A stretch of 64,000 nucleotides of DNA from Candidatus Latescibacterota bacterium (GTDB lineage Bacteria > Latescibacterota > UBA2968 > UBA8231). The position numbers and the translations under genes are program-made. Location of the stretch: assembly GCA_963422735.1 (NCBI GenBank), contig OY730476.1, positions 1,664,001 through 1,728,000 of the forward strand, in the 5' to 3' direction. Of the stretch, positions 9,718 to 19,470 are shown one piece after another. Below the pieces are notes generated by a model. The model made no database searches. It was not told the DNA's origin and saw only the letters and a program-made list of their open reading frames with translations. Each line of letters starts with the position of its first letter. Positions within the stretch are counted from its first letter, which is position 1.

Positions 9718-11551
9718 TTCAGTGGACGGTAAAATCGTCTCAGAGGGCCGCGCTTTCCGAGGGAGAGCGCGGCTTTTTCGCGTCGGTTGCTGCGGGGTCA
9801 TGCTCTGGGCCTGCGGCGCAGGAGAAGTGCCCGAAGAGCCGGTGCATATCCCCGAGGTCGATGGGGAAGCATGGGACGCGCACATTGAGATGGGACGCCC
9901 TGGTCACCGCATCCAGATCCGCGCCGCTTATTTGCGCGAATTTTCCAAGTCAGAACAGGTCGTCGCCACCGGCGGTGTAGAGGTCGCGTTCCACGGTGGC
10001 GAGGCCGCTTCGACGCTACGGGCCGAGCGCTTGGTCCTAGAGCACAAGCGGGACCGCTTTGGCTTAGCTGGCGGCGTGGTTTTGCGCGCTGGGGACAGTA
10101 TAGAGGTACAGGCCGACACCTTGCTGTGGGAAAGCGCGCACGAGCAACTGCGCATTCCGGGCACACTGCGGGTGGAGGTCAGCGAGGGACGGGAATGGGG
10201 TCGCAATCTCACGAGCAATTTAGCCGTGGATGCGTGGTCCTTAGAATCCGTCGAGGGTCTCTGGCGCGGTCGGGACGGAGCGGTCGTGAAAGTGCGCGCC
10301 CAGCGCGAGGAAAGCCGTCGCGTCGAGGGCGCGCAAGAGATCGCCTACGACAGCGTCGAGGTGCGCTACGACGGAGTGCAGTTGACCGGGCCGCGGGCCA
10401 CGTTTCTACCACAGGCGGGCCGCTTCGACATTAGCGGAGGAGTCAAAGGGGCCGACTCGCTGGCGCAATTTGTGGCCGACGTGGTCGCGGTGGATGCGGA
10501 AAAGCAGCGGCTAGTGGCTCGGGGCGCGGTTCGCTACCGAGAGAAGGAGGCCGAGCTGCGGGCCGCAGAGGTAGAAGACGACCGCAGCGCAGCGCGGTTA
10601 CAGGCCCGAGGGGAACCGGCGACTTTTGTGCAGGGCGCACGGCAGATCAAGGCGCGCCAGTTGGCGTATTCGCGCCCCGAGCGCGAACTGACGGCGCAGG
10701 GTGGGGTGGTCTTGCGAGCCGGGAATCGCGAGTTGACGGCCCAAACCCTCCGCTATAAGCGCGATGGCCAAGTCTATGCCGAGGGCGCGATTGCCTTAAA
10801 GGTACCCGAGTTGGATGGCTCGCTCGCCGGCGATTCGCTCTTTCTCGACTTGGAGCAGGAGGTCGGGTGGATGCGAGGTGCGCCCTCGCTGCGCCAGCGC
10901 GAACTCGTGCTCGCCGCCCCTGTGCTGCGCTTCGATCTCGTACGGGGCCTGTTGGCCGGGACCGGCGGTTTTGCGCTGCACACCGAAGGGCTGAAGGTTG
11001 CGGCCCAGCGCGGTGCATACGAAGCGGATTCCATGCGGGTGCTAGTGGCCGAGGGCGTGGTGTTAGAAGAGCAAGACGACGAGCGCGGCTACCGCAGCCG
11101 ACTGATGGCCGATTCCATGGTCGTCGCATTGGCGGACAGCCGAGTCGAGTGGATCGCCATACCCGGCCAGGTGAGCGGCCAAATTGAGGTAGGCGACCGC
11201 CATAGCTGGATTGAGGGCCTAGGTGGACAAGTCGTTATGGCCGACGGGGACTTGGAGCGGGTCGAAGTGAGTGCCGAAGCCGACGTGACGCACCGCCGGG
11301 CCGAGAACGAAGAGATCAATCGCTTTCGCGGACAGCAGATGACCCTGTACTTTGATGCGGCGGGATTGCGCCGTGCATTAGTCAAAGGCGCGGCCGAGTT
11401 GGTCTCGCGGATCCAAAAGGACGAAGAGGTCGCCGTCAACGAGGTCAGCGGCGAAGAGTTGGATATCCGCTTTGCCGAAGGGTCGCTGGCCGAGGTGCGG
11501 GTTGGGCCGGATATCGAAGGCCGGTACTATCCGCCCGCAGAGGAGCCGTAA
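9680..11551 (+). CDS. LptC/LptA(OstA)-like multi-beta-jellyroll protein, possible lipoprotein; start codon uncertain
   Basis: Lipobox-like MLWAC; repeated 'L.A..L.Y......A.G.V' OstA-type strands; directly upstream of lptB. Confidence 0.75.
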   Translation: MQAMRRGRRRPPSSVDGKIVSEGRAFRGRARLFRVGCCGVMLWACGAGEVPEEPVHIPEVDGEAWDAHIEMGRPGHRIQIRAAYLREFSKSEQVVATGGVEVAFHGGEAASTLRAERLVLEHKRDRFGLAGGVVLRAGDSIEVQADTLLWESAHEQLRIPGTLRVEVSEGREWGRNLTSNLAVDAWSLESVEGLWRGRDGAVVKVRAQREESRRVEGAQEIAYDSVEVRYDGVQLTGPRATFLPQAGRFDISGGVKGADSLAQFVADVVAVDAEKQRLVARGAVRYREKEAELRAAEVEDDRSAARLQARGEPATFVQGARQIKARQLAYSRPERELTAQGGVVLRAGNRELTAQTLRYKRDGQVYAEGAIALKVPELDGSLAGDSLFLDLEQEVGWMRGAPSLRQRELVLAAPVLRFDLVRGLLAGTGGFALHTEGLKVAAQRGAYEADSMRVLVAEGVVLEEQDDERGYRSRLMADSMVVALADSRVEWIAIPGQVSGQIEVGDRHSWIEGLGGQVVMADGDLERVEVSAEADVTHRRAENEEINRFRGQQMTLYFDAAGLRRALVKGAAELVSRIQKDEEVAVNEVSGEELDIRFAEGSLAEVRVGPDIEGRYYPPAEEP

Positions 11552-12283
11552 GTGGCATTGGAAATGCACGCATTGAGCAAGCGCTACGGGGGCCGGGCGG
11601 TCGTTGACGAGGTCAGTATCCGCGTCGAGCCAGGGGAGGTCGTCGGCCTGTTGGGGCCCAATGGCGCGGGCAAGACCACGACCTTTCACAGCATCGTCGG
11701 CTTTGCCGCGCCGGACGGGGGCCGCATCTTGCTCGACGGTGCGGACATCACCGGGCTACCGATGTATCGCCGCGCACAGATGGGCATTGGCTACCTGCCG
11801 CAGGAGACATCCATTTTTCGCAAGCTGAGCGTGGCCGACAACATCCGCGCGGTGCTAGAGGCGCAAGGGGTCAACAAGGCACGCATCACCGAGCGTCAAC
11901 GGCAGCTATTGACTGAGCTGGACTTGCTCGCGCGGGCCGACCAGCGCGCCGACACGCTTTCGGGCGGCGAGACGCGCCGGGTCGAGATTGCGCGGGCCTT
12001 GGCCTGCGAGCCTCACTACATGCTCCTCGACGAGCCTTTTGCCGGCATTGATCCGCGCACGGTCGAAGACATCCAGAACATCATCGCCGAGCTAAGAGGT
12101 CGGGGCTTGGGCGTACTAATTACCGATCACAACGTGCGCGAAATCTTGGAAATCGCCGAGCGTGCCTATATTCTAGTGGATGGTAAAATTTTAACCGCGG
12201 GCACGGCAGAGGAGCTAATTGCCAACGAGCAAGTGAGGCGGATATATCTCGGCGAGCGCTTTAGTTGGCAGGTCGATAGATAA
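11552..12283 (+). CDS. lptB: LPS export ABC transporter ATP-binding protein
   Basis: GPNGAGKTT, LPMYRRA..GIGYLPQE, LDEPFAGIDP, ITDHNVRE. Confidence 0.96.
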   Translation: MALEMHALSKRYGGRAVVDEVSIRVEPGEVVGLLGPNGAGKTTTFHSIVGFAAPDGGRILLDGADITGLPMYRRAQMGIGYLPQETSIFRKLSVADNIRAVLEAQGVNKARITERQRQLLTELDLLARADQRADTLSGGETRRVEIARALACEPHYMLLDEPFAGIDPRTVEDIQNIIAELRGRGLGVLITDHNVREILEIAERAYILVDGKILTAGTAEELIANEQVRRIYLGERFSWQVDR

Positions 12284-12387
12284 GACGCGCTTGCACCTTG
12301 ACTTCTCTCGCTTCACAGGCTTGTTTGTACAGCTACTGTCAGGCCGGATAATTTTTACTAAATAATTAATTTACAATAATTTATTCA

Positions 12388-13857
12388 ATGTTTCGTCCCG
12401 AGCAAAATACCAGCTTGCGCCTCCAGCAAAAGATGGCACCGCAGCTCATTCAATCGCTGCGGCTGTTGCAGATGTCCACCTTAGATCTGGCGCTGGAGAT
12501 CAAGCAGCAGCTCGAACTCAACCCCTTGCTCGAAGAGGCCTTTGAACTAGGCGAAGAAGGGGAAGAGGAGCTGCGCGATCGGGAGGAGGGGATCAAGGAA
12601 GAGGAGGAACTGCCCGAAGACATGGAGGCGGTTGATCGGGACGCGCTGTTGGGCGACCAGTTCGACGCGGGCGCGTACAATAGCGAGCGCACGGAATACG
12701 ATTCCAATTGGGAGACTGATCGCGAGCCACAGGAAAACCGCATCACCGCCATGCCGCCCCTCTTAGAGCACCTGTACCATCAGCTAGGCGAGATTGGCGA
12801 TTTGGGACCGGAAGAGCGAGCCATCGCCGAGTACATCATCGGCAATATCGACGAGCGTGGTTACGTCGGCTGCCCGCTCGCCGAGATTGCCGACGATCTA
12901 GCGGTCGAAGTCTTAGCCGTGGAAAAGGTGTTGCGCGTCATTCAGGCCTTTGACCCGCCTGGGGTCGGCGCACGCGATCTGCGCGAGTGCCTGATGATCC
13001 AGTTGAGTCAGCGCGACGATCCACTCAGCAAGCTGGCCTTGCAGGTGGTGCGCGATCACATGGAGTATCTGACGCGGCGGCGTCTGCGGCACATCACCTG
13101 CGCCTTAGACATCTCCAGCGAGAAGCTCAAAGAGATTCTGCAGGTTATCGAGCGATTACAGCTGCATCCGAGCCTGTCGGCGAGCAGCGATTACAACAAG
13201 CTCTTGACCCTCGATACCGAGGTCGCATACATCACGCCGGATTTGGTCGTCGAAAAGATTGGCGAGGAGTGGGCCGCGTCGCTGGCCGACGGATCCATGC
13301 CGTCCTTAAAGATCAATTCTGAGTACCAGCAGCTTCTTAGCAACGCCCATGGCAACAGCGAGGATGCTATCAAGGACTACGTATCCAAGAATCTCAACGA
13401 CGCCCGCTGGCTCATCAATGCCATCCACCAGCGCCGCACGACCATGCTCAAGGTGGCCAATTACCTGTTGCAGGCGCAGTTGCCCTTTTTCGAGGAGGGG
13501 CCGGCGCGGCTGCGGCCCATGGTCTTGCAGGACGTGGCCGACGCGGTGGGAATGCACATATCGACGATTAGCCGCGTCAGCAACGGCAAGTACATACAGA
13601 CGCCGCACGGGGTCTTTGAGCTGAAGTACTTCTTCGACAACAAGCTCAGTACGGACAAGGGCGAAGAAGTGTCCGTGCGCTCGGTAAAAGAGAAAATTTC
13701 GCAGCTCGTCGCCGACGAGGACAAGAGCCGGCCGCTTTCGGACCAACAGATTGTCGAGGAACTGAACAAGGACGGCTTAAAAATTGCGCGGCGTACGGTG
13801 GCCAAATATCGCTATCAGCTAAAAATTCCTGCACAGCGCTATCGCAAGGGGCTATGA
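12388..13857 (+). CDS. rpoN: RNA polymerase sigma-54 factor
   Basis: Q/L-rich region I, DPPGVGARDLRECL, HISTISR and the RpoN box ARRTVAKYR. Confidence 0.98.
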   Translation: MFRPEQNTSLRLQQKMAPQLIQSLRLLQMSTLDLALEIKQQLELNPLLEEAFELGEEGEEELRDREEGIKEEEELPEDMEAVDRDALLGDQFDAGAYNSERTEYDSNWETDREPQENRITAMPPLLEHLYHQLGEIGDLGPEERAIAEYIIGNIDERGYVGCPLAEIADDLAVEVLAVEKVLRVIQAFDPPGVGARDLRECLMIQLSQRDDPLSKLALQVVRDHMEYLTRRRLRHITCALDISSEKLKEILQVIERLQLHPSLSASSDYNKLLTLDTEVAYITPDLVVEKIGEEWAASLADGSMPSLKINSEYQQLLSNAHGNSEDAIKDYVSKNLNDARWLINAIHQRRTTMLKVANYLLQAQLPFFEEGPARLRPMVLQDVADAVGMHISTISRVSNGKYIQTPHGVFELKYFFDNKLSTDKGEEVSVRSVKEKISQLVADEDKSRPLSDQQIVEELNKDGLKIARRTVAKYRYQLKIPAQRYRKGL

Positions 13858-13889
13858 GGCGCCCCCTTCCTTCCGCATAATCGACAGTG

Positions 13890-14321
13890 CTACTCTGGCG
13901 ACTTCCATCGAATATACCATCCATCTTCGTCGCGATGGACGCACTCGGGCCGGTCGCCTTTCTGGATGAATTTATTGTATAAATTGGAAATATCCATCTT
14001 CTTCCTTTTTCTCCCTTCCTCCCACAATGCGCCTTCCGACAATGCGTCAAGGATGGACGACCGCAAACTGTCGTCTATCCCCCACAGCGCATCCATCACT
14101 CGGTCATATTGGGCTACATAAGGTCTTGAATCTGGGCAGCCCATGCTGTCGGCTGTTTCTTGTTGGGTTTTCCCACCTCGGAGTCCCAGTTTATGGAACA
14201 GGGCGATGCGCTGGCTTATAGTTATGTGCTTCTGCTTTTTAAAAATGTTGGCGATTGCGGATCTGGGCAGTTCAATGCTCTCATTCTTGTCGAGGGCACT
14301 CAATAGGTCGCTTAGATACAT
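13890..14321 (-). CDS. hypothetical protein with a sigma-region-4-like HTH
   Basis: AT-rich ORF with a GGAGG RBS; QRIALFHKLGLRGGKTQQETADSMG resembles the region 4 HTH. Confidence 0.55.
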   Translation of the reverse strand: MYLSDLLSALDKNESIELPRSAIANIFKKQKHITISQRIALFHKLGLRGGKTQQETADSMGCPDSRPYVAQYDRVMDALWGIDDSLRSSILDALSEGALWEEGRKRKKMDISNLYNKFIQKGDRPECVHRDEDGWYIRWKSPE

Positions 14322-14348
14322 TGGGAACCTCCGTGTTGAGAAGCGTCA

Positions 14349-14579
14349 TTAGAAGTGTGCAATTAACGACCTAAGCGCTTTGTTCACAGATTCGGAATCG
14401 GGAAAATGTTGTCTTACATCTGGGTCGAGCATAACGGAACCCTCTTCGAGTGCAAAGTAGTGAACTTAGGTTGAGCCATCTCGTTTTTCTACTTTTGCTA
14501 AATGTCTCTGACGATACGCTTTATAGTGCTTCCCACGCACACTAGCAGAAAAATCGTACTCTGCCCTCATTTCGTCCAT
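14349..14579 (-). pseudogene. BrnA-like antitoxin-type small protein with an internal TAA
   Basis: Hand translation: MDEMRAEYDFSASVRGKHYKAYRQ...DGST*VHYFALEEGSVMLDPDVRQHFPDSESVNKALRSLIAHF; stop at 14466-14468. Confidence 0.65.
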
Positions 14580-14643
14580 TCCTTATCTCGTATCTGTCTT
14601 CAGTGAACGCGGTACCGACGAGAACTGTGGGGATGGCCGCGAC

Positions 14644-15897
14644 TTAGCGCAATTGTCCCGCGCCGTCAAAAGCCATCTCGGCTAGTGCGCCGATTTGCTC
14701 TAAATCGGGATGGTCGCCGAACTCTCGCAGTAGGCTTGCGGATAGCTCGATGTGGCCGATGTCGAGGGTGTTTTTGATGCGGACGACGCGCGCCTGTTCG
14801 GAATTGGCGAGATTTTGCACCGACAGCGCGGCCTCAATGGCTGCGCGGTCGGTTTCCATGACGACAGGGATGTACGCGCGGTTGAGGAAGGTGGTGGTGA
14901 AGACGTTGGCGTACGTAGCCTTGAAGTCGATGCGCTCGTACAAACGGCGGGTGATGATGTCGGCGAGGCCGACGCCGTTGGCATTGCCGTGGGTTTCGTC
15001 GGTCAGGTCGAGAACCACGATGCGGGCCGAGCCCGGGGACTCCGGCTCTTTGACGCCGGGCAGGAGCATGCGGCCGACGACGTTGGTGTCCATACCTGTG
15101 CCCGAGATATTCTTGCCGATTTGTTCGATGATTAGCAGGTCGATACCTTGGACTAAGATGCGGGGCATGGTGCGCCGCGCTTTTTCCAAAAGCTGCGGCT
15201 CGCGGCTTGGGAACTGCCCGGGTTGAAGGGCTTCGACGCGGAGGGTCTCTTCATAGGCGTTTTCGACGATGGCCAACCCCATGAGAATCGGTGCTTTGTC
15301 GAGGATGCAGCGGCCCCAAGCCGGGATCAAGCGGGCGAGGCTCTCAGCACCCCCGGCATGGGCGATGGTCGCGCCTTTGTGGCTACCTAGGCCAATGGTC
15401 ATCATCTTCATCAGGCCGCTTTCAAAGGTGCCGCGAAAGGAGGTGTGCGGCTTGATGCGGTTGATGAGCACTACGCCATCGGCTTCGGTGGCGAGCCGGT
15501 TGAGCAGCACTGGGGTGCCGTCGTCGAGCTGGGCGACTTCGACGACGGCCATGGTCGCCTCAACCGGGCAACCCATGCTCTGGGCGTCGAGACCGTATCC
15601 GGCCAGTACCTGCTTTTGGCCTTCAGCTGTGGCTCCGCCGTGGCTGCCCATAGCCGGCAGCAGGAAGGGCGTGCCGCCGGCCTCTTTGACGCAGTCGATG
15701 ACGGTGCGGGTGATGAGCGGGATATTGGCGATGCCACGGCTGCCGCCCGCAACGGCAATCCGCGCACCGGGGGCGATGGCGTCGGCTAGGCCAGCGCGCG
15801 CTAGCTGGCGGCGGACCTCGCCGGCCACGTCGGCGAGCGAGTCGCTGGCAAAGTGCTGCTTGACGAGGGCCATTTGCGGTAGTTGCACGGCGGGCAC
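14644..15897 (-). CDS. lactate racemase (LarA/DUF2088)-domain protein
   Basis: GSRGIANI, PAMGSHGGATAEGQ, NRIKPHT, GKNISGTGMDTNV, HGNANGVGLAD. Confidence 0.85.
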   Translation of the reverse strand: MPAVQLPQMALVKQHFASDSLADVAGEVRRQLARAGLADAIAPGARIAVAGGSRGIANIPLITRTVIDCVKEAGGTPFLLPAMGSHGGATAEGQKQVLAGYGLDAQSMGCPVEATMAVVEVAQLDDGTPVLLNRLATEADGVVLINRIKPHTSFRGTFESGLMKMMTIGLGSHKGATIAHAGGAESLARLIPAWGRCILDKAPILMGLAIVENAYEETLRVEALQPGQFPSREPQLLEKARRTMPRILVQGIDLLIIEQIGKNISGTGMDTNVVGRMLLPGVKEPESPGSARIVVLDLTDETHGNANGVGLADIITRRLYERIDFKATYANVFTTTFLNRAYIPVVMETDRAAIEAALSVQNLANSEQARVVRIKNTLDIGHIELSASLLREFGDHPDLEQIGALAEMAFDGAGQLR

Positions 15898-15899
15898 CT

Positions 15900-16469
15900 C
15901 TATCCCTCGCCGACTAGGGCGGTGCGCAGGCGTTGGGCGCGCTCGCGGATCGGCCGGGCCGGTTTGGGCACCGGCTCAGCGGCCGGGGCAATTTTCCAGA
16001 TAAAGACGACCGGGCCTTGTTCCTCAAAGTGCTGGTCGAGCTTGGCGTCGAAGTCCTCGTCGGAGTCGATCGTATAAACGCGCTGAAGGCCGGCCCCACG
16101 ACAGATTTGCTCGTAGTCGATAAAAGCGGCACCGGGCACGGGCTGACTGCCGGTTACTTCATACGTGCCGTTTTCAGTGATGACGAGGGTTAGATTCGGG
16201 GTCGGGCGCTGAGCTAAGGTGACGAGGACGCCCAGCGACATGAGGGTGCTGCCGTCGCCGTTGAGGCACAAGATCCGCCGCTCGGGCCGGGCGATGGCCA
16301 AACCCAGCGCAAAGTCGGCGGCGTGGCCCATGGCGCTTTCGACGTGGGCAAAGTCTAGCGGGCCATCGGAGTGCGCGGCCCAAGGCATGGCCACGCTCAT
16401 GGTGGTGACTACAACTTCGTCCGTGCGTTTGGCGGCCAGTTTTTTGAGGCAGGTGTATTTGTCGAGCAT
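15900..16469 (-). CDS. TPP-dependent decarboxylase beta subunit (ComE/phosphonopyruvate decarboxylase-like)
   Basis: SAMGHA; TPP motif GDGSTLMSLG...ENGTYEVTGSQP; ATG at 16469. Confidence 0.85.
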   Translation of the reverse strand: MLDKYTCLKKLAAKRTDEVVVTTMSVAMPWAAHSDGPLDFAHVESAMGHAADFALGLAIARPERRILCLNGDGSTLMSLGVLVTLAQRPTPNLTLVITENGTYEVTGSQPVPGAAFIDYEQICRGAGLQRVYTIDSDEDFDAKLDQHFEEQGPVVFIWKIAPAAEPVPKPARPIRERAQRLRTALVGEG

Positions 16470-16470
16470 C

Positions 16471-16965
16471 TCACGCAGTCTCCGCGACGAGCAACACCGC
16501 AGTCGGCAGCGAGGTCTCTTGGGCCTTCGCGAAAGCGTCGTCGATCTGGCCGCTGTCGTCGTCTGTGTGCATGGCGGTGTAGGGAATGTTCCAAGCCTTG
16601 AGGGTCGGCTCAAAGAAGGTAGCGGCCGTATCGATCCGGGGGACACCTCCGGCCATGGTCGCGTAGCCGCGATAGCCGACGAGCATTACGAGGGGAATGC
16701 CCATGTTGTAGGCCGTGCCGCGGAAGGCGTCGCCAGCTTCTAAAAAGCCCGTGTTCTGGATCAGCACCAGCGGATGGGCACCGCCCAAGTACAGCCCGGA
16801 GGCCAGGCCATACGCCTCGCCCTCGCGGCTGGTGAGGATCACTTCGATGGTGTCGTGGTCCCACAGGCACTCGTACAGGGCGCACGAGCCGTTGTCTGGT
16901 ACTCCTAGCACATGCGTGACGCCGTGCCGTTCGAGGGCGGCGATGATCTGGGCGGCGCTGATCAC
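16471..16965 (-). CDS. TPP-dependent decarboxylase alpha subunit (ComD-like)
   Basis: GVPD, SREGEAYGLASGLYLGG, LIQNTG, IPLVMLVGYRG. Confidence 0.85.
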   Translation of the reverse strand: MISAAQIIAALERHGVTHVLGVPDNGSCALYECLWDHDTIEVILTSREGEAYGLASGLYLGGAHPLVLIQNTGFLEAGDAFRGTAYNMGIPLVMLVGYRGYATMAGGVPRIDTAATFFEPTLKAWNIPYTAMHTDDDSGQIDDAFAKAQETSLPTAVLLVAETA

Positions 16966-16969
16966 GGGC

Positions 16970-18166
16970 TTACTCGGCGAAGATCGCACGGGTGGAGGTA
17001 CCGCTCTGATGACCTTGCTGCTGGATGCCGCCGATAAACTGGGCGGTGCGGCCAGCCGGTGCGGTGCCTGCGTAGTACGCGCTGAAGGACTCGTTGAAGG
17101 TGGCTATCGCGGCGCGATTCTGCGCAGAGTTGGGACCGGCGACGATGTAGGCGTTGTTGAAGACGCCGTCCTCTTTGAGACCCACGCCTCCGGCTTCCTT
17201 GATCCGGGCGTCAAGCGTATCGAGCTGCTGGCCGGCGTCGCTGCCCCCAACGGCCGAAACGTGGACTTCGCGCACACCGTGATGGCACAAGCCCGCCCAA
17301 GTTGAGAAGCCGTCCTCGATTTGCCCCGAGCGCACGATTTCGACTTCGCCGGAGACCACGCGCGGCTGTGGCTCGATGATGCCGTCGAGATTGGGTATCC
17401 GCGACACCGGGTAAATCAGGCCGGCGGGGCGGTCGTCGCCGTAGTAATCTGCAAAGACTTGGCGGGTGGTCTCGATGCGTTCCCAGGCTTTGTCCGGAGC
17501 GTCGTCCACGGCCACGAGAATCTCCATGAATACGGTCTGCTTTTTGAAGTCAACGCCTTGTTCGGCAAAAGGCTTGGCGTATTGCTCTTCGAGGATGAAG
17601 CGCATTTCTTCGGCCAAGTCGTCGCCGAGCGTGGTGATCATTTCGCCGTCCCGCTCGTGCATGACCGAAGCACCCGAGGGTTGGTGATCCACCCAAGTGC
17701 CGTAGTCGATCTGGCCGCTGCTGATGGAGACGGTCTCGCCTGCACAGGCCTTGATCTGGACCTCGAAGAGAGCCGCTGGGTCTGGGAAACCCTCCGGGTG
17801 GGTGAAGCGAGCCATGCGGTTGGAGCGCAAGGAGCCGCCGGTGACGGCTGCGATCATGGCCCCGTAGCAGGCGTTGAAGTCGTTTTTGCGCTGGTCGCAC
17901 TCGTCGCGGTCGGCAGAAGGAGTGGTCCACAAGACATCGGTTTTGTACACGTCCGACCAATGGACGCCGCAAATTTCGAGGCCCTTGTTGAGGTTTTCGA
18001 TGGTGCCGAACCACTCCGAGCCGACGTCGTTGGCGTATTGAGTGCCGACGTTGCCCGAAGGCTCGACTAGGCGCACGACGTGGCCGTTGTCGTCGGTGAT
18101 GAGCACTTCAGTGGGGTTGGAAAAGATGGCGATGGGGTTGTGGCGGACGATATTGACTTGGGCCAT
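16970..18166 (-). CDS. protein with three tandem RidA/YjgF-like domains
   Basis: Three units of about 130 aa, each with an SG(N/Q)(V/I) motif and a Rid-like 'FN..Y..yF...P.R' segment. Confidence 0.6.
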   Translation of the reverse strand: MAQVNIVRHNPIAIFSNPTEVLITDDNGHVVRLVEPSGNVGTQYANDVGSEWFGTIENLNKGLEICGVHWSDVYKTDVLWTTPSADRDECDQRKNDFNACYGAMIAAVTGGSLRSNRMARFTHPEGFPDPAALFEVQIKACAGETVSISSGQIDYGTWVDHQPSGASVMHERDGEMITTLGDDLAEEMRFILEEQYAKPFAEQGVDFKKQTVFMEILVAVDDAPDKAWERIETTRQVFADYYGDDRPAGLIYPVSRIPNLDGIIEPQPRVVSGEVEIVRSGQIEDGFSTWAGLCHHGVREVHVSAVGGSDAGQQLDTLDARIKEAGGVGLKEDGVFNNAYIVAGPNSAQNRAAIATFNESFSAYYAGTAPAGRTAQFIGGIQQQGHQSGTSTRAIFAE

Positions 18167-18256
18167 GAGCTCCTCGGTTGATTTTGTGAAGGGTTGCCGC
18201 GAATTATACTACAAAAAGTACGCGGTCTGCCGACGATAGACAATAGGGAGGGGCAG

Positions 18257-18937
18257 ATGTCCACCTGCGTTGTACTCTTTGCCAAAGAACCAGCCCCCGG
18301 AGCGGTCAAAACCCGGCTTCAGAGCCATTTGAGTGCCCCCGAGGCTGCACGCCTGTACGAGGCCCTGCTGCTCGATTGCGCCACGGCACTACACGAGACA
18401 AAGGCCGCTGCCAAGGTCGTGGCCTTTGCCCCGGCCAATGCCAAAGACGCCCTGCGCACCCTGCTAGCCCCGATAGGCGTCTTCGAGTACGTGCCGCAGA
18501 TAGAAGCCGATCTAGGGCAGAGAATGGAAGCCCTGATGCAGTGGGCCTTTGCGCGGGGGGCCGAGCGGGTGGTCCTCGTCGGCTCGGACAGTCCTTCTCT
18601 ACCGGCCGCGCATATTGACGAAGGGCTGGCGCTCTTGCGCGAAAAGGAAGTGGTCTTAGGCCCGAGCACGGACGGGGGCTACTACTTGGTGGGCAGAAGA
18701 GAAGGGAAAAGCCGGATATTCCAAGACGTGGCTTGGAGCACCGGAATGGTGCTTGAGCAGACCCTAGCGCACTTGGGAAAGCAAACCCTCGGCCTGCTGC
18801 CGCCTTGGTACGATGTGGATACGCCGGCCGAAGCCGGATTCCTAAAGGTACATCTCGAAGCCTTGGCGCGGGCGGGTAGTACCCAAGGGCGGCACAGCTT
18901 GGCCGTGCTGCGCGACCTCGCACTGCCGCTGCCCTAG
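18257..18937 (+). CDS. TIGR04282/DUF2064 family glycosyltransferase-like protein
   Basis: FAKEPAPGAVKTRL, DLGQRM, VGSDSP, LGPSTDGGYYLVG, WYDVDT. Confidence 0.9.
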   Translation: MSTCVVLFAKEPAPGAVKTRLQSHLSAPEAARLYEALLLDCATALHETKAAAKVVAFAPANAKDALRTLLAPIGVFEYVPQIEADLGQRMEALMQWAFARGAERVVLVGSDSPSLPAAHIDEGLALLREKEVVLGPSTDGGYYLVGRREGKSRIFQDVAWSTGMVLEQTLAHLGKQTLGLLPPWYDVDTPAEAGFLKVHLEALARAGSTQGRHSLAVLRDLALPLP

Positions 18938-19470
18938 CGGTCGGCTTCCCTGCGGAACAAGGCTTCCCAGTGATCTAGGTCGTCCGGGCCGAGGGACGGG
19001 TGGGGTTCCGTGCCGTCGCGGGCGGGTGCCGTCGCGGACGCGCTCGGGGCCTGGACGGGTTCGGTGAGTTCGTCGAGAAAATCCTCGGAACGGGTCGAGC
19101 GGATCTTGTGGCGCACGGCGCAGCGCTGGATTGCGCGGTCGGAGCTGATGACCCGCAGCCACTTGGCACCGTGCTTTTTCGCGAGGGCCCGTGCGATCAG
19201 GTCATCGGCCTGCTGAGGGTAGCGCGAGAATTCTATGGTGACGTATGGGCCGCTCGCGTTCGCCGCGCTCGGTGCTGCGCCGGTGCCGTCGTAGTACAGG
19301 GTAATGTGCTTGTCGGCGCGGCGGCCGTAGGCAGCGAGTGCCTGCTGCAAGCGGTGGCGTGCTCGTTGCAGCGTGTCGCCTCGGCCTTGGAAGAGCTGGC
19401 TCGATTTGATGAGGTTGTAGCCGTCTATGAGTAAGTGCTCTCTCTTGGTGTCCACCGCTGCCGTCCTCAC
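18934..19470 (-). CDS. YacP-like NYN domain ribonuclease
   Basis: LLIDGYNLI, YYDG, ADDLI, VISSDRAIQ. Confidence 0.85.
   Translation of the reverse strand: MRTAAVDTKREHLLIDGYNLIKSSQLFQGRGDTLQRARHRLQQALAAYGRRADKHITLYYDGTGAAPSAANASGPYVTIEFSRYPQQADDLIARALAKKHGAKWLRVISSDRAIQRCAVRHKIRSTRSEDFLDELTEPVQAPSASATAPARDGTEPHPSLGPDDLDHWEALFRREADR

Noticed and set aside
14466-14468. Stop-codon recoding or an alternative genetic code to explain interrupted genes
   Set aside because: Most lesions are frameshifts or deletions, and TAA, TAG and TGA all end intact genes.
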